Under the pieces are notes generated by a model. The model was not told the origin of the DNA. It saw only the letters and a program-made list of their open reading frames with translations, and ran no database searches. Both the position numbers and the translations under genes were made by a program. A DNA stretch of 64,000 nt from Vezdaea acicularis (taxonomy: Eukaryota), in the NCBI GenBank assembly GCA_026025075.1, contig JAPEUI010000026.1, forward strand, positions 62,001 to 126,000. Direction: 5' to 3'. Positions 50,467 through 63,477 of the stretch are shown one piece after another; the first letter of the stretch is position 1, and each line of letters starts with the position of its first letter.

Positions 50467-53289
50467 ATGATGGTTCAAAACGGAGAGGAGGACATTGGAA
50501 TTGAGATTGTCGGAGAGGCTGTTGAGGTGCCTCTGAAGAAATCTGCAAAATCTAAAGGCCGGGTGAAGGAGGAGGAAACAACTGCACAAGCAAAACGAAG
50601 ATGCGTCAGCACTGCTTGCATTGCATGTAGGAGGAGGAAATCTAAGGTATGTAAGCATGTGTGCAGCACCAGCGACATATCCTCTGCTCTATATCGATAT
50701 GTGATGCCTCAGCTGACAAATACTCTGTAATTCTCAGTGTGACGGTAACACACCAAGCTGTGCTGCATGCGCATCCGGTGAGTACTAGCAATACGAGAAC
50801 ATCTCTCTCGAGGCCCTAATTTTAATCTCAAATCAGTCTATGGAACCGAATGCGTGTATGACCCGAACTCGGACCATCGCCGAAAAGGAGTGTACAAGAA
50901 AGATATTGACCGCTTAAAAACAAGAAATTCCACGCTCCAAACTCTGGTCCAAGCTATCCTGAATTATCCCGAGGATGAGGTGCTTGAGCTCGTTCGACAG
51001 ATGCGATCGTCTGATAGCTTAGACGACGTAGCCGAGGGCATATTAGCTAGAGAGAACGGCCTCGAAGGGGAGGATGACGATGGGGATTCTCCTTTCTTCG
51101 ATAACTTCATATCGGCTGGCGGACCTAATTTCGCGACCCAGCTATCCGGCAAGATGGGTGAGCTAAGACTGGAAGATGGATCAGTACGTTTCATTGGCGG
51201 CACATCGAACTTGTTATATCTCGGTTCGGACGGGGACGACTCGACTTATGGTACTTCAGCTAGTGTAGACCCTTACCAACAACAGGAGAATCCATACGTC
51301 TCATGGACAGAAGTCACAGATGACTCTATACTTGTCCTTCATCTCATCGAAATGTATTTTACATGGCATTACACCTACTTTACGACTCTCTCCAAAAGCC
51401 TCTTCTTCCGCGACTTTTATCTAGGCAAGCCTCCTGGTGATGTTCGCCGGAAAACAGAATACTGCACACCTCTGCTTGTTAATGCTATGCTTGCACTTGG
51501 TTGTCATTTCACGTCATGGCCAGCAGCACGTGCTGACCCAGAGTTATCCTCTACAGCTGGTGACCACTTCTTCAAAGAAGCAAAAAGGCTCTTACGAGAG
51601 GATGACGAGTATGAGCGACCAAAGCTTGCAACTATACAGGCCCTCGCCTTGATGTCAGTTCGCGAAGCAGGTTGCGGTCGGGAATCAAAAGGCTGGGCTT
51701 ACAGCGGAATGAGCTTCAGAATGGCTTACGATATAGGTCTCAACCTTGACTCAGGAGGCCTGAGTGCAGGAAAAGAATCGACCCTCACTGAGGAGGAGAT
51801 TGACGCACGAAGGATCACCTTTTGGGGCTGCTTCTTGTTTGATAAGTATGATTTGACCCACTCGATTAGCTTGTGCTACGAGCTAATAACGATATAGGTG
51901 TTGGTCAAACTATCTCGGCCGGCAACCTCAATTTCAGCTTTCCTCAATAACCGCTCCGAAGATTGACGTCTTTCCAGAGGAGGATGCAGCAGATTGGAGG
52001 GCGTATATTGATAGTGGCTACACTGAGGTTTTCAAGCAACCAGCACGAACAAGGGCTGTTGCACTACAAATATCAGCACTTTGCGAAATTAGTAGCGATC
52101 TCCTAGCATTCTTTTATCATCCCTCGCAAATGGACAAACCCTTAGGGAAGCAAGCCGAGCTCAAAAAGCTTAGTGAGCTGCATACTAGACTGGAAGCATG
52201 GAAAAAGAATCTTCCTAAAGAGATGGAGCCTAGGGAGGGCGCTTTGCCAAATGTGCTCCTCATGCAGTCAGTATCTCCAGAAGCCTCCGTGTTTACGTTA
52301 TACTGATGATTTCCGAATTTAGTATGTTCTTTCAGCTACTTTTTATACATCTCTTCCGCCCGTTCTTAAAGTACAACGAGACTACGTCGCCGCTGCCATC
52401 CCATGTCTCACCTCGAAAGCTTTGCACACAGGCCGCATGCCTCATCTCCAAGCTCCTGCGGCTATACAAAAGAACGCACGGCCTCCGCCAGATTTGCAAT
52501 GTCGCTGTTTACATCGCCCACTCAGCCTGCACCATTCACCTCCTGAACATCCCTGATAAGACTGCGAAACGCGACATCGTGCACGGTGTGAAGCAACTTG
52601 AAGAGATATCCGAGAGCTGGCTTTGTGCGCGACGCACGCTGGCAATCCTCAAGCTGCTCGCTCACCGTTGGAAGATCGACTTACCCGAAGAAGCCGCAAT
52701 CGTGCTTACCCGCGCGGAGAAGAAATTCGGCGCTTATGGCGACCATCTCTCTCCCCGTGCCGACTCAGCTTCTCCTTCCGCGTCCGTGCATCTCGTGACG
52801 CCGCGGATGAACTACGTCAGCGCTCCGTCTTCCAGTGAGGTGAACTTTGCCACCAATATGGGAGGGGCCTCTGGTGGATCGATAATAGCGGCTGCCAGCC
52901 TTCCAGACAGCAGTGGGGTTATCGTGCAGCCCCCCAACTCAGCCTCAGACTTGCAGAAGACTTTTATAGGTCAACAATACGCAATGACCCCCCAATCAAC
53001 TGGCTCGACGCAGATCAATCCTGTGTCTGCAGGTGCATCCGCCGTGGCGTCCCCTGCATCATTCGTGGGCAGCGCCGAGTCAGTCGTCCCTAGGGAGAGC
53101 CGTGACTGGTGGCTGGAAGACCAGCAATGTCTCGCCATGGGATTTGAGAACTGGAACAACTATAGTGGCAACGACTTGATGGATGTAAACAATAATATAC
53201 CTAGTGACCTTACCATAAATAGGAATAGAGCGAATGATCACCGTCTCAGCAACTTGGAGGGCTTTATGGACGGCACTTGGTACAATTAG
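50467..53289 (+). CDS. nirA: Zn(II)2Cys6 nitrate-assimilation transcription activator NirA/Nit-4
   Basis: KRRCVSTACIACRRRKSK|CDGNTPSCAACAS|VYGTECVYDPNSDHRRKGVYKKD is the NirA/Nit-4 signature. Also LSGKMGELRLEDGSVRFIGGTSNL, a fungal TF domain (ARRITFWGCFLFDK) and LRQICNVAVYIAHSACTIHLLN. Four introns. Confidence 0.93.
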
Positions 53290-53874
53290 ATTTGGCTGGT
53301 TTTGGATGTTTTGGGTGGTAAGGCAAATCAATGGGGCTATCATTTAGGTAGAGAGCTTTGGCGATGGCTTACCCATAAGGTTGTTGAGGAACAGTAACTT
53401 AAAAGTCTAAACAGGGACGCGACAAGGTGTTCCACGTATGATCCGGAAGCCTTCTTTGATTACATTTTAGATAAGGGGCAAGACGGAGTTTTTGTGCGGC
53501 TAAAGCTACCTGCCAAACTCACCTAAATCACTCTCCCTCGACTCTGAGCGCTTCACACGCGTGTTAGTGGGATATGGTCCATAATATTTGTTAGTCCATT
53601 CAATAGTTATAGAATAATGTGAAAATTCGAAGAGCGATAGTTGGCATCTCATACAAAATGAATATTATTTATCATCATTTTCAAGGCGATCTGGTAAGCC
53701 TGGTCTGAGTAAACGGTCATGGCCCTGGCCGCGCCTAGCCGAGGTAGCGATCAGTTCCTTGCTTAGCCGATCACCCGGCTACGAATATGTATCTCAGCTC
53801 ACTATGGATGAACGCTTAGTTGAATGAATGGAAGCGATCTATTGTAACTGTCTTATGCTTCAGATGTTACTCCA

Positions 53875-56189
53875 ATGTGGTCTGCACTCCGTGCGCCAGG
53901 TCTGCGCGGGCCACGAGTATATACTATCAACGGCACTCTCGTCCGGCTTCATGGCTCGAGTACGATCATAGATGTACCTTCCTTGGCTCCTTTGACGTCA
54001 ATATTAGTCGCCAATCGGGGAGAAATAGCTCTGTATGATACTTGTCATTCTACCCGAGTTGACGCTGACCATCTCTATCAATAAACAGGCGCGTATCCAG
54101 AACGGCGTCTCAGTTAGGTGTTCGAACTGTGACGGTTTATACCGACCCTGACGCTCGATCTCAGCACGTCTTAAACTCTCCGTTCACGGTCAACCTTGGA
54201 GAAGTTTCCGGATATCTTGATGGGGACCGCATCATTGCAGCCGCCAAGCGCGAAGGTTGCGTGGGACTGCATCCTGGCTATGGCTTTCTCAGCGAGAATG
54301 CCGATTTCGCAAGGAAATGCACAGAGGCAGGTCTCATATTCATTGGGCCACCGTGGAAGGCGATTGAGGCCATGGGAAATAAGAGTCGGTCCAAAGAGAT
54401 CATGACTGCAGCCGGCGTACCCTGTATCCCGGGCTACCATGGGAATATCCAAGACCCAGAGTTTCTAAAGGCAAGGGCGGAAGAAATTGGCTATCCCGTC
54501 TTGCTCAAGGCTGTAAGAGGGGGTGGGGGCAAAGGCATGCGTATAGCAAGCTCTGCAGATGTCTTCCTAGACCAGCTCAAGTCTGCCAAGTCAGAAGCAC
54601 GAAACTCTTTTGGCGACGACGTTATGCTTGTAGAGAAGTACATCACTACGCCCCGGCATATCGAAGTTCAGGTGTTTGCAGATAAGTATGGGAATTGCGT
54701 TGCTCTAGGCGAGAGAGATTGTAGTATTCAGCGGCGGCACCAGAAAATATTGGAAGAAACGCCAGCTCCAAATCTGCAGGAGGAAGTGCGTCAGGATCTA
54801 TGGGCCAAAGCTCGCGCAGCGGCTCTAGCTGTCAAATACGAAGGAGCAGGCACTGTCGAATTTATTTTCGACAACGATACCGGAGAGTTTTTCTTCATGG
54901 AAATGAATACACGGCTACAGGTTGAACATCCCGTTACAGAAGAGATATGTGGAGAGGACTTGGTCAAGTGGCAGTTCCTCGTCGCCGACGGCAAGAAGTT
55001 GCCGTTGGACCAAGAAGCAATAAAGGATAGGATTGCAGCAAGAGGATGGGCTATCGAGGCTCGCATATATGCGGAAAACCCGTATCTGTAAGTCTATAAC
55101 AACCGCTATTTCCAAAGCAGTAGCTCAGTCATGATTGCAGAGACTTTATGCCAGGGTCGGGACGCCTTGTGCACCTCCGGACGCCAAAGACCTCGTATGA
55201 TATTCGTGTAGATGCTGGGTTCATCGAAGGAGACGAGGTTTCAACTCATTACGACCCTATGATTGCGAAGTTGATTGTCCGAGGCTCATCGCGACCTGAG
55301 GCCATCTTGAAGCTCAAAGCTGCGCTAGAGCAGTACGAGATAGTTGGCCCCGCCACCAACATTGAATTCCTCAAGAAAGTGTGTGAGGATCCATCATTCA
55401 TGGCTGGTGATGTTGAAACAGGGTTCATTGGGAAACACCACGATCGGCTCTTCTCTAAACCAATTGTGGAGGCAGAGGCTTTCGCCCAGGCAGCAATCAG
55501 TGTCCTCTTGACCCAGCCATCTGGCAACACAGTTTCCTATAGTAATCCTACTTCACGCCTCCACATGACTCATTTTGGGTTGCTCCCTCGAACGAGACAG
55601 TTTTCATTCATTGAAAGTGCTCGTCGTCCAACAGAAGAGTCTGAAAAGGCTGTCGTACGAGTATCCCAGGTTGATGTGAATAAATATGACATTTCGGTCA
55701 ACGATATTCATTTTGCTGGGGTTGAAAGCTCTCTAGAGCTTTCAACAAAGACTCTTACTAGCCTCTTTCCCCACACAAGACTTTCAAGTACCATAGTACG
55801 ACAGGAGGATACTATAAATATCTTCCAGCGAGGAAAACACTACAAGCTTGAACTTGCTAAGCCAGCATGGATAGAGAAAGCTCTTGGAACCAAAACTACA
55901 AAAAATAGCGTCCTAGCCCCTATGCCCTGTAAGATTTTGCGTGTGGATGTAGCAGAAGGGGACACTGTTCAGAAGGATCAAGCTCTAGTCGTTATCGAGA
56001 GTATGAAAATGGAAACTGTGATCAGAAGTCCTCAGAACGGCGTCATCTCCAAGGTGGTCCACGATGCAGGAGTAAGTAGAAGTAGTTGTTGCTTCTTTGC
56101 ACCATCTCATTGACACTTCATAGGATCTCTGTAAGGCCGGAGTTGCCATTGTGGAATTTGAAGAGCCGCTGGACGGATCCTCGCCATGA
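53875..56189 (+). CDS. mccA: 3-methylcrotonoyl-CoA carboxylase alpha (biotin carboxylase) subunit, mitochondrial
   Basis: Presequence-like N-terminus, ILVANRGEIAL, HPGYGFLSEN, GGGGKGMR, ERDCSIQRRHQK, FMEMNTRLQVEHPVTE, YDPMIAKL, biotinyl motif ESMKME. Three introns. Confidence 0.9.
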
Positions 56190-57242
56190 CCGCCTTTCCA
56201 TTAAGGGTGCGCAGAACTAATAACTCATTGGCGAATAGTATCACATGGACAAGTTATGTGTATACGGCACTCTCTTTAGTGTAAGAGGAGGATCCCATTA
56301 CCTAGGCAATCATCCATTATGTCAGCTACCTTTCGGTGCCCCGTCGCTATGGCCATTCGATCCAATCACTGGCACGTATGCGGATTTTGGCATAGCTCCA
56401 GTGCCATTATGAAGCGCTAAATATGGTATTCACTATGCCTCAAGAGAGATGCAGGCGGTAAATGCTTGCCTAAGAATGTGACACGTAAATGGTATCCTAT
56501 CGTGATTCACTCATCTCGGCATATGTGTTAGATGTATCTTTGTAGCTAGATTCAGATACCAGTACAGCCCATGCCTTGACCATTGCACCCGAGATGAACA
56601 AAACGTGCAGACGCTTGCAAGTCCTGAGAACCGCTTCACAATGCTGAAACAGGTCTGAGAAAAGAGTTCTGATGAAACGGCGTTTCGATGGGTTGACGCT
56701 GACTTTTCGCGAAAGCATCACAACCAATCATAGACACGCGACTGAAAAGCGCCGCGAGCTTTCGAAGTCTGAAGCCAAGCGAGGATGCTCGGAACGCCAA
56801 TCATGCACAATAAGACCATCTCCGCGTCATGGCTCGTATGTTCGCTGTTCACGCCCAAGGAGACGAAATGGGCGCCAACAGATACCTTCGAAGTTACTAT
56901 TCTGAACCTCTGCGCCTGGTTAGATAGGAGCATACAGGGAGGTGCCTCGTGACCAGCGCTTGCCTGGAAAGTATAAGATCCTTTGTAGATCTTGCTCGAA
57001 GTCGACAATCAAGTTTTCTGACAACAACCATTCCCACGACAGCAGCGAGCCGGATCCTCGCCCTTTCCTTCCTCTTTTACACCCACGAGTCTCTTTTGTA
57101 TTCATTTTTAGCTTTCATTCACTACACTCATACAACTCAACGCAAGTAATACTTCACCGCGCTATATATTCTCGCAGGTCGAGCCTTAATACGTTTCTCA
57201 CTTTCAAAATTACGAATATCTCACCATTGAAGTGATCTCAAT

Positions 57243-57848
57243 ATGCCTTTCGACGTCGAAAAGCACGCAGAGCGCTCCATGAGTGGTGGCATAGTTGGCA
57301 TGGCCTTCCGATTCTGTATCAGATTGCTGCAGTTTGTGATGGGGCTGGCTGTCGTTGGACTCTACGGAACGGACCTCAATAACGCTCGGCTCCATGGGAT
57401 ATACGCAGATCCTAAATGGGTAAGTCGATAGACTCAGCATACTGCCAGGCTGTATGAAGTTAATGCGTTTTGTCTAGACCTATGCGACTGTTATCAGTGC
57501 TTTGTCCGCCATAACCTGTACGATTTACTTTGTTCCACTCGTCAAGTCGTACATTGCTTTTGGATGGGACGCGCTATTATGGTAAGCTTTTTCTCCATGG
57601 CTTTGGTCGGTATGACAAGCTAACAATATTCCGATAGCCTGTTCTGGCTAGTCGTCTTTGGTATCTTCGGAAAGATGTACATCCACGAGGACCCCGAAGG
57701 AGACGCTGGCATCCAGCGCATGAAGAATGCCGTCTGGATCGACCTCATCAACTTCCTTCTTTGGCTTACGACCGCCATCTATGGCGGCGTACTGTTCAAG
57801 AGGTACCGAGGCATGAGCATGCCCTCCAAGACACGATCTGACGTGTAG
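57243..57848 (+). CDS. MARVEL-domain four-TM membrane protein
   Basis: RLLQFVMGLAVVGLYGTDL..DPKW|TYATVISALSAIT..FGWDALL|..LFWLVVFGIFGKMYI..RMKNAVWIDLINFLLW. Two short GTAAG introns. Confidence 0.88.
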
Positions 57849-58881
57849 AAGCTCAAGCTTAGGTGAAGTTAGGGGGAGCTGGTGACATGCCATATCATGG
57901 GTCCTTATACTTTTTCCTTACTTTCTCTCTAAGCGGCATTGCTATGGCGTTTGGAGCACTGGGCACTGCTTAGTAGTACAGCATCATACCAGGTACCGGC
58001 AGGGCTAGATTTATATTAGATTTTCTTCTAACTCATCAAACCATTTGCATATTCAGGCTTGAAACTGGTGTCTGCAAATGTTCGTACCAATGCGTAGCAT
58101 GAACCCGCCAAGCCATCTTCTCGGTGCGCAGAAGACGCGCGCTTCAGAGGCCCAAGCTGGGCTACTACTTGAGCGCTGCTTGCGCCCTATCATCAAGGTA
58201 GGGATGGAGGTCCTGCACGCTGCTTACAGTACTACCGGCCAAGGTGACAGCGCAGCTACACTTGCGCCGGGCACACCAGCGCGGACTGCAAACCGGGCCA
58301 TTCAGTTCGGACGTGGTTGAAGCAGGGCTCGCGTAAAGACGTCACAGGAGAAAAAGGGCCCGCCATTACGCAAGTGCCTTCCCTACCGAGCGCGACGCTG
58401 ACGATCGCAGCTTCGACGGACGCCCCCGGCCCAGAAGCTGCTGGATTTCGCCCTTGCTCCCATTGCCTTGCGAACCAATGCCTAGTGCAAAGGCCTCCAT
58501 TGCATCAGTGCCTGGTCATCGTGAGATTTGCAATAAACCGCGGCCATCCGTCCATGTCCAGGCCACTTGGTTTTTTTGCGGGCGTTTCAGCAGGACCGCG
58601 AAGAATTCACGATAATTTTCGCGTGCTGCACAAGACTCGTGTGAAACCACGACACATTTCAGTGCAGTGCTTTCGTTGAGGGCCACTCACGCGGACCCTA
58701 CTCTTTTTCGCAGCCAAACCCTTGGGTCGAGCTTTCTTGTGGGTGCTGGACTTCATTTCACCTTACCACCGACCCCGCCGAGCCCGACTCGCTGCAAGAG
58801 CCCATCTCGACGAAGTCGTCTGTCGCTCATTCAGAGAGAGTGAGAGAGTGAGAGAGAGCGCTTGATTCTCACTACTCGACC

Positions 58882-60284
58882 ATGCTTCCGTCTCAGCGTA
58901 TCGTCTGTCGCGGCGCAGCTGCTGCTCTTCGCTGCCGTGCTCCTCTATCTCAGGGTTCACGAGCTAGCCCCTCGTTTCGCGACCTCAACCTCAGTCGAAC
59001 GCCGCCACGCGCGTTCACCACCACAACGCAACGGTTGAAGGACAATCCGGATGCCGCAAAGTCGGGCGAGAACCATGAAGGGTCGTACGCTCGGACGGAT
59101 CCGTCAGTGCAGGTGGAGTATCCCGAGGAAGCAGACTTGCCGTCGGGCGACCATGTGCAGGGCCGAGGAGGGCTTCATTTCAAACGCACATTAGCCTCAT
59201 TCTCTCTAGAAGGGCGCGTGGCAACAATTACGGGTGGCGCGAGAGGAATCGGGCTGGTGTTGTGCCAGGCTTTGATCATCAGTGGTGCCGATGTCGCGAT
59301 TGTGGATCTGAACCGTACGCCTCCTCCCCCCGCAACCATTGAAGGCCCGAGCAGTACCATCAGAGCCTCACTTGCTGACCATGGACACCTTCAATAGGCG
59401 AAGAAGCGGAAAACCAAGCCAAGGGCCTAGTGGAGATGTTCAAGCGCGAGAACCCCGGAGCAAAGGAGTGCGTCTCCTCCCAATCCCCCTCTCCCAGTGT
59501 CACAAACCCCCATATCTAATTACTTCTAACTCGTCAACAGAATTCCCAAAGTCTCCGCCCACTACGCCGACGTTTCCCAGCCCGCCTCCGTCGACAAGGC
59601 CATCAGCGAGATTATCTCGGACCATGGCAAGATCGACCACCTCGTGACCTCCGCGGGCTTCACTGAGAACTACGACGCCATATCTTACCCATACGAGCGG
59701 ATGAAGAAGCTGTGGGGCGTCAACGTGGACGGGACCTACCTCTTCGCCATCGCCGTAGCCAAGCACTTGATGGAGCGCAAGGCCAAGGGGTCTATGGTGT
59801 TTATCGGCAGCATGAGCGGCTCGATCGTCAACATCCCGCAGCCACAGGCACCGTATAATGCGGCCAAGGCGGCGGTCAGGCATCTGGCAGCTAGCTTAGC
59901 AGTTGAGTGGGCGCACGCAGGTATTAGGGTAAATTGTATCAGTCCAGGATACATGCTTACGCCTCTGTAAGTCTCGCCCCCTTTTCCAACGCCCTGGCCC
60001 CTCCTCTCTTCCCAAGTGACATTTGAATCACTCGGGATCTTCCTGCAATCTTAATAGGAGTGAGGGTTTTCTTGGGCTAACCTGTGCGGCGGGGAAACGA
60101 CAGGACGAAGAAAATTCTGGAGGACAACCCGGATCTGAAGCGACAGTGGACGTCGCTGATTCCGCAAGGCAAGATGGGCGATCCGGAGGACCTGATGGGC
60201 GCGGTGACGTACCTGCTCAGCGACGCGGCAGGCTACTGTACCGGCACGGACTTGCGCGTTGACGGTGGGTACACCGTCACTTGA
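58882..60284 (+). CDS. Polyol-type SDR (D-arabinitol 2-dehydrogenase/sorbose reductase-like) with mitochondrial-like presequence
   Basis: TGGARGIG, TSAGFTEN, GSMSG..PQPQAPYNAAKAAV, RVNCISPGYM, TGTDLRVDGGY. Arg/Ser/Ala-rich N-terminus. Three introns. Confidence 0.92.
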
Positions 60285-60302
60285 GCGAGAGCGATCGTGA
60301 TC

Positions 60303-60640
60303 GAGCAAGCGAGAAAGAGGGGGAGAGAGAGAAGGAGAAGGAGCGAGAGGTGTATGGGAGAAGGGCGGGAGGGAAGTGAGAGAAAGAACGTTCCTGGGCC
60401 CAGCTTACTGCATTTGGCTGGTTAATGGGGCGGCTCCTTCTTCTTCTACACCATCTCCCCTTTTCTTCATCATCTCCTTTCTCCTTCTCCCTCTTTCTTT
60501 CTCTCTCTTGCTCCTACTTTTCTCCTATTTTTGCTCCTACCACTTCTCCTCCCGAGCTAGAGATGACCAACTCCTTCTTTCCTAGGCGGCTTCACGTTAT
60601 ACTGAGCCTTCTTTCCCCTTTGCTCCTCGTCCTCCTCCTT
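60303..60640. repeat. Polypurine tract followed by polypyrimidine tract (imperfect inverted repeat, low complexity)
   Basis: GA-rich 60303-60390 and CT-rich 60434-60640. The arms 60303-60370 and 60428-60513 are roughly collinear complements. Confidence 0.7.
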
Positions 60641-63440
60641 CACCTGCTCCTCAGGCGCACCCGTGTCTGTATCTATCGGGCATCCTGTGGGAGGCCTCCG
60701 AAACCCCTCTTCTGCACACAGCTCCCCTTGCACCTCCTACATTTAATCAATATGTGGGGGGCGAGAGCGAGAGCCGCTGGAGCGAGCCGGAGCGAGCCGG
60801 AGGGGGGAGGAGCAAACCTGTATATTTGGCAGGACCCACGGCGTGTTGCAGGAAAATGCGGGCGTGCTAGGTATTTTTCTTTTTTTTAAACTCGCTACTC
60901 GCGCTACCAATATATCCGTTTACCAGGCCTTCTTTAGTTTTTGCCACTTGCTTGTTCTCTCGAAGAAAACGAGTGAGGGATGTCTGTCAATCCACGCGTT
61001 CAGCGGTTTCTGCTTCGTCGTCGTTGTTGTCGTTCGGTAGGTTGGGAGAGCGGGGGAGGGGGTTGAGGGTTTTGAGATCTTGGGTAAAGGGGAAGGTGAA
61101 AAGGGAAGGAACCGCCTGGAAACCGCTAAGGGAAAGTGGGGGGGCGGCGTGGATATATGTCTCCATAAATTTTCCTTCTCCATTTAATTCTCCTTTTCCT
61201 CCGTCTTCTGATCCATTCGCCCCCCGCGTTATCCGTTCATAGGTGGGGAACTCATATCGTATCATATCGTATCATATCACATCACATCCTTCTGTACTCT
61301 ACGCAGCAACTCTTTCTTTTCGAGAGCGGAGGAAGCCGAGCAGAATCAAAAAAGTGAGGAAAATGAAAGTGATATTCTCGCGCGAGTGCCTCATCCTTTG
61401 CAAACCCCCATCCCTTCTTTCCCGGCTTTTCAAGATGAAAGCTGCGCCTTTGCCCCGTCTCCTCGTCCTTCTGGAGGGAGGGAGGGAGGAAGGGGGAGGA
61501 AATAAAGATACGTCTCAGGAAGGGTTTAGATGATCCCGTATACAAGCTCACACTTCCCCTGCTTCTCGACGCACCTTACACCCCCGCAGCCAGTCCTACG
61601 CTCCAGATCCCAAGCGCCTTGGGGGTAATGGAGCGTTTGATCAAAACACAGACCTTCCGAGGGGGGACAGGCTGGGTCTCGACATGGACGAGCGAGGAGG
61701 AGGTAATACGCGGTTAAGAACGGGAAGGTAGTTATGCGTATAATATGCTTGAGATTGTAGGAAGGGGGAGAAGATCGGAGACCAGGCAAGAAGGGGCTGC
61801 ATGGATAGGCGATCGATGCTACCAGAGACTCAAGCAGCTAGGTCGGCCACACAGATGACTTGGAGTCAGCTGGAGTCAAGGACCGGGTGATGACAGAAGT
61901 CAGCCGGGAACGGGTGACGTACCTCACGACATCAGATTCTTTGTGGTCTATGACGGCCTGAGGCGTTTGGTCTGCCGTCCGGGAGCGCGCTGCATCGAGG
62001 GGGGGATGACGGGAAAGCCGAATGAACTCGGCTCTCTCCTCCGCACAAGTCGGTTAGTCCTCAAATCTTGCGCGAGCGAAGCCGGTGGACGGGTGCCGCT
62101 TTCGAGGTAGCGAATTGGGGGGCTGGCTTGGAAATAATGGCGGGAGAATAGCCAGCTCACGGGGGAGAGAGAAGGTGGGTCTGCAGTTCGTCGTTTGATC
62201 GGGTATGGGCCGCGGGTCGAGGCGCGTGGTTAGAGCTGGCAATGAACGATTCATTCAAGCATATCGCAGGGCAAGAAGAGTGGCTCGACCGTAGCTATGG
62301 CTGCAAATTGGGAGAGAAGGGATGTGCCTCCAATGGGAGCTAAGTGAAGCTTATTGGGTTTGCAGCTTCTTAGGGACGCGCTAGCCCTAGACCATAGGAT
62401 CCGTGTATCTGGGGAGCACAGTGAAGAGTGCGATGGTCTGATCGATGGTAGTAGACGTGGAGAGCTCGCGGATCGAGATCTTGCAGATGTCGATTAAGGG
62501 AGATACCCGGGGAGCGGGACGGGGTTGAGAGGCGTTTTGGAGGCGGGTGATAGGCTAGGAGGGAATGCCCGATACATTTTGTGGATTAAACGCGGAGGAC
62601 ATTGGTTTGTTCAACCCCGGATTTCCCCGGGTTTCTGGATTTGTTGGATTTGATTGGCTCCTGGCTATCAGATCTCGAGATCTAGACTGCGGAGACGATG
62701 GCAACTTCACCCACACGACAGCAACGGCAACGACCCAACTCTCTTCAATCGTCATTCCCCTAGGAAATGCTTCTCTCAATCACTCGATGCGTCAGGCTCT
62801 CAAGGGAAATGTGGGGGCGTTACAGTAGTGGGCGATCCAGAAGATCAAGACAAACTCACTCTTTGATCTCAATCTGCTGATTGGCAAACTCTGTCCTCAT
62901 AAAACCACGCCCCTGGACCAAGATCCTTGCCCCGCCCTTCCTTCGAGGCGGGGATACAATCACCTCAGGCATCCTGGATAAGCTCATTAGGATTAGGTCT
63001 CGCTCGTCCATGTGTCAGCAGAAGCATGGAAGCTCGCGTGAACATCGGACGCAGTGAGAGGGGGAGGGAAAATTTCGCGTCCACGAGCAGTCGTGCGATG
63101 AGCAAACTGCGATGGAAGAGAGGACGCATCAGAAATGCGATACGTCTTCTTTCCGAGATGCTGCCCTCGCAAAGTCCGGTGATGGATGCTCTGGTGGCGT
63201 GTGTCCGGTTGGACGGTGGGCATCTCGTGAACGTGAAACACAACGAACACGCCGTGGGTGAGGCGAATATGATATATGCAATTTGCCTTACGACCGGTCG
63301 CTTCTGCGATGCGCATCTCCTAATGTAACCCGCCGTGAGGTCGAGCCCTTGCATAAATCAAGTTTCATAACTCATCCACGTTCCCGCCCCCGAGGCGACG
63401 CTTATTATCTCACATTCGCGCTCACCGCTACTCATCACCT

Positions 63441-63477
63441 GGGCATGGGGCTGGGGGGGGAGGGGGGTGGGAAGGGG
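63441..63477 (+). other. Potential G-quadruplex-forming sequence
   Basis: GGG-CAT-GGGG-CT-GGGGGGGG-A-GGGGGG-T-GGG-AA-GGGG: six G-runs with loops of 1-3 nt. Confidence 0.7.

Noticed and set aside
57846..57866. Possible stop-codon readthrough to a peroxisomal signal after the MARVEL gene (also checked for both SDRs)
   Set aside because: No TGA-CTA context, and no SKL-like terminus appears after the stops.
58833..58859. GA-rich microsatellite in the SDR 5' leader
   Set aside because: Ordinary short simple repeat with no evidence of function.
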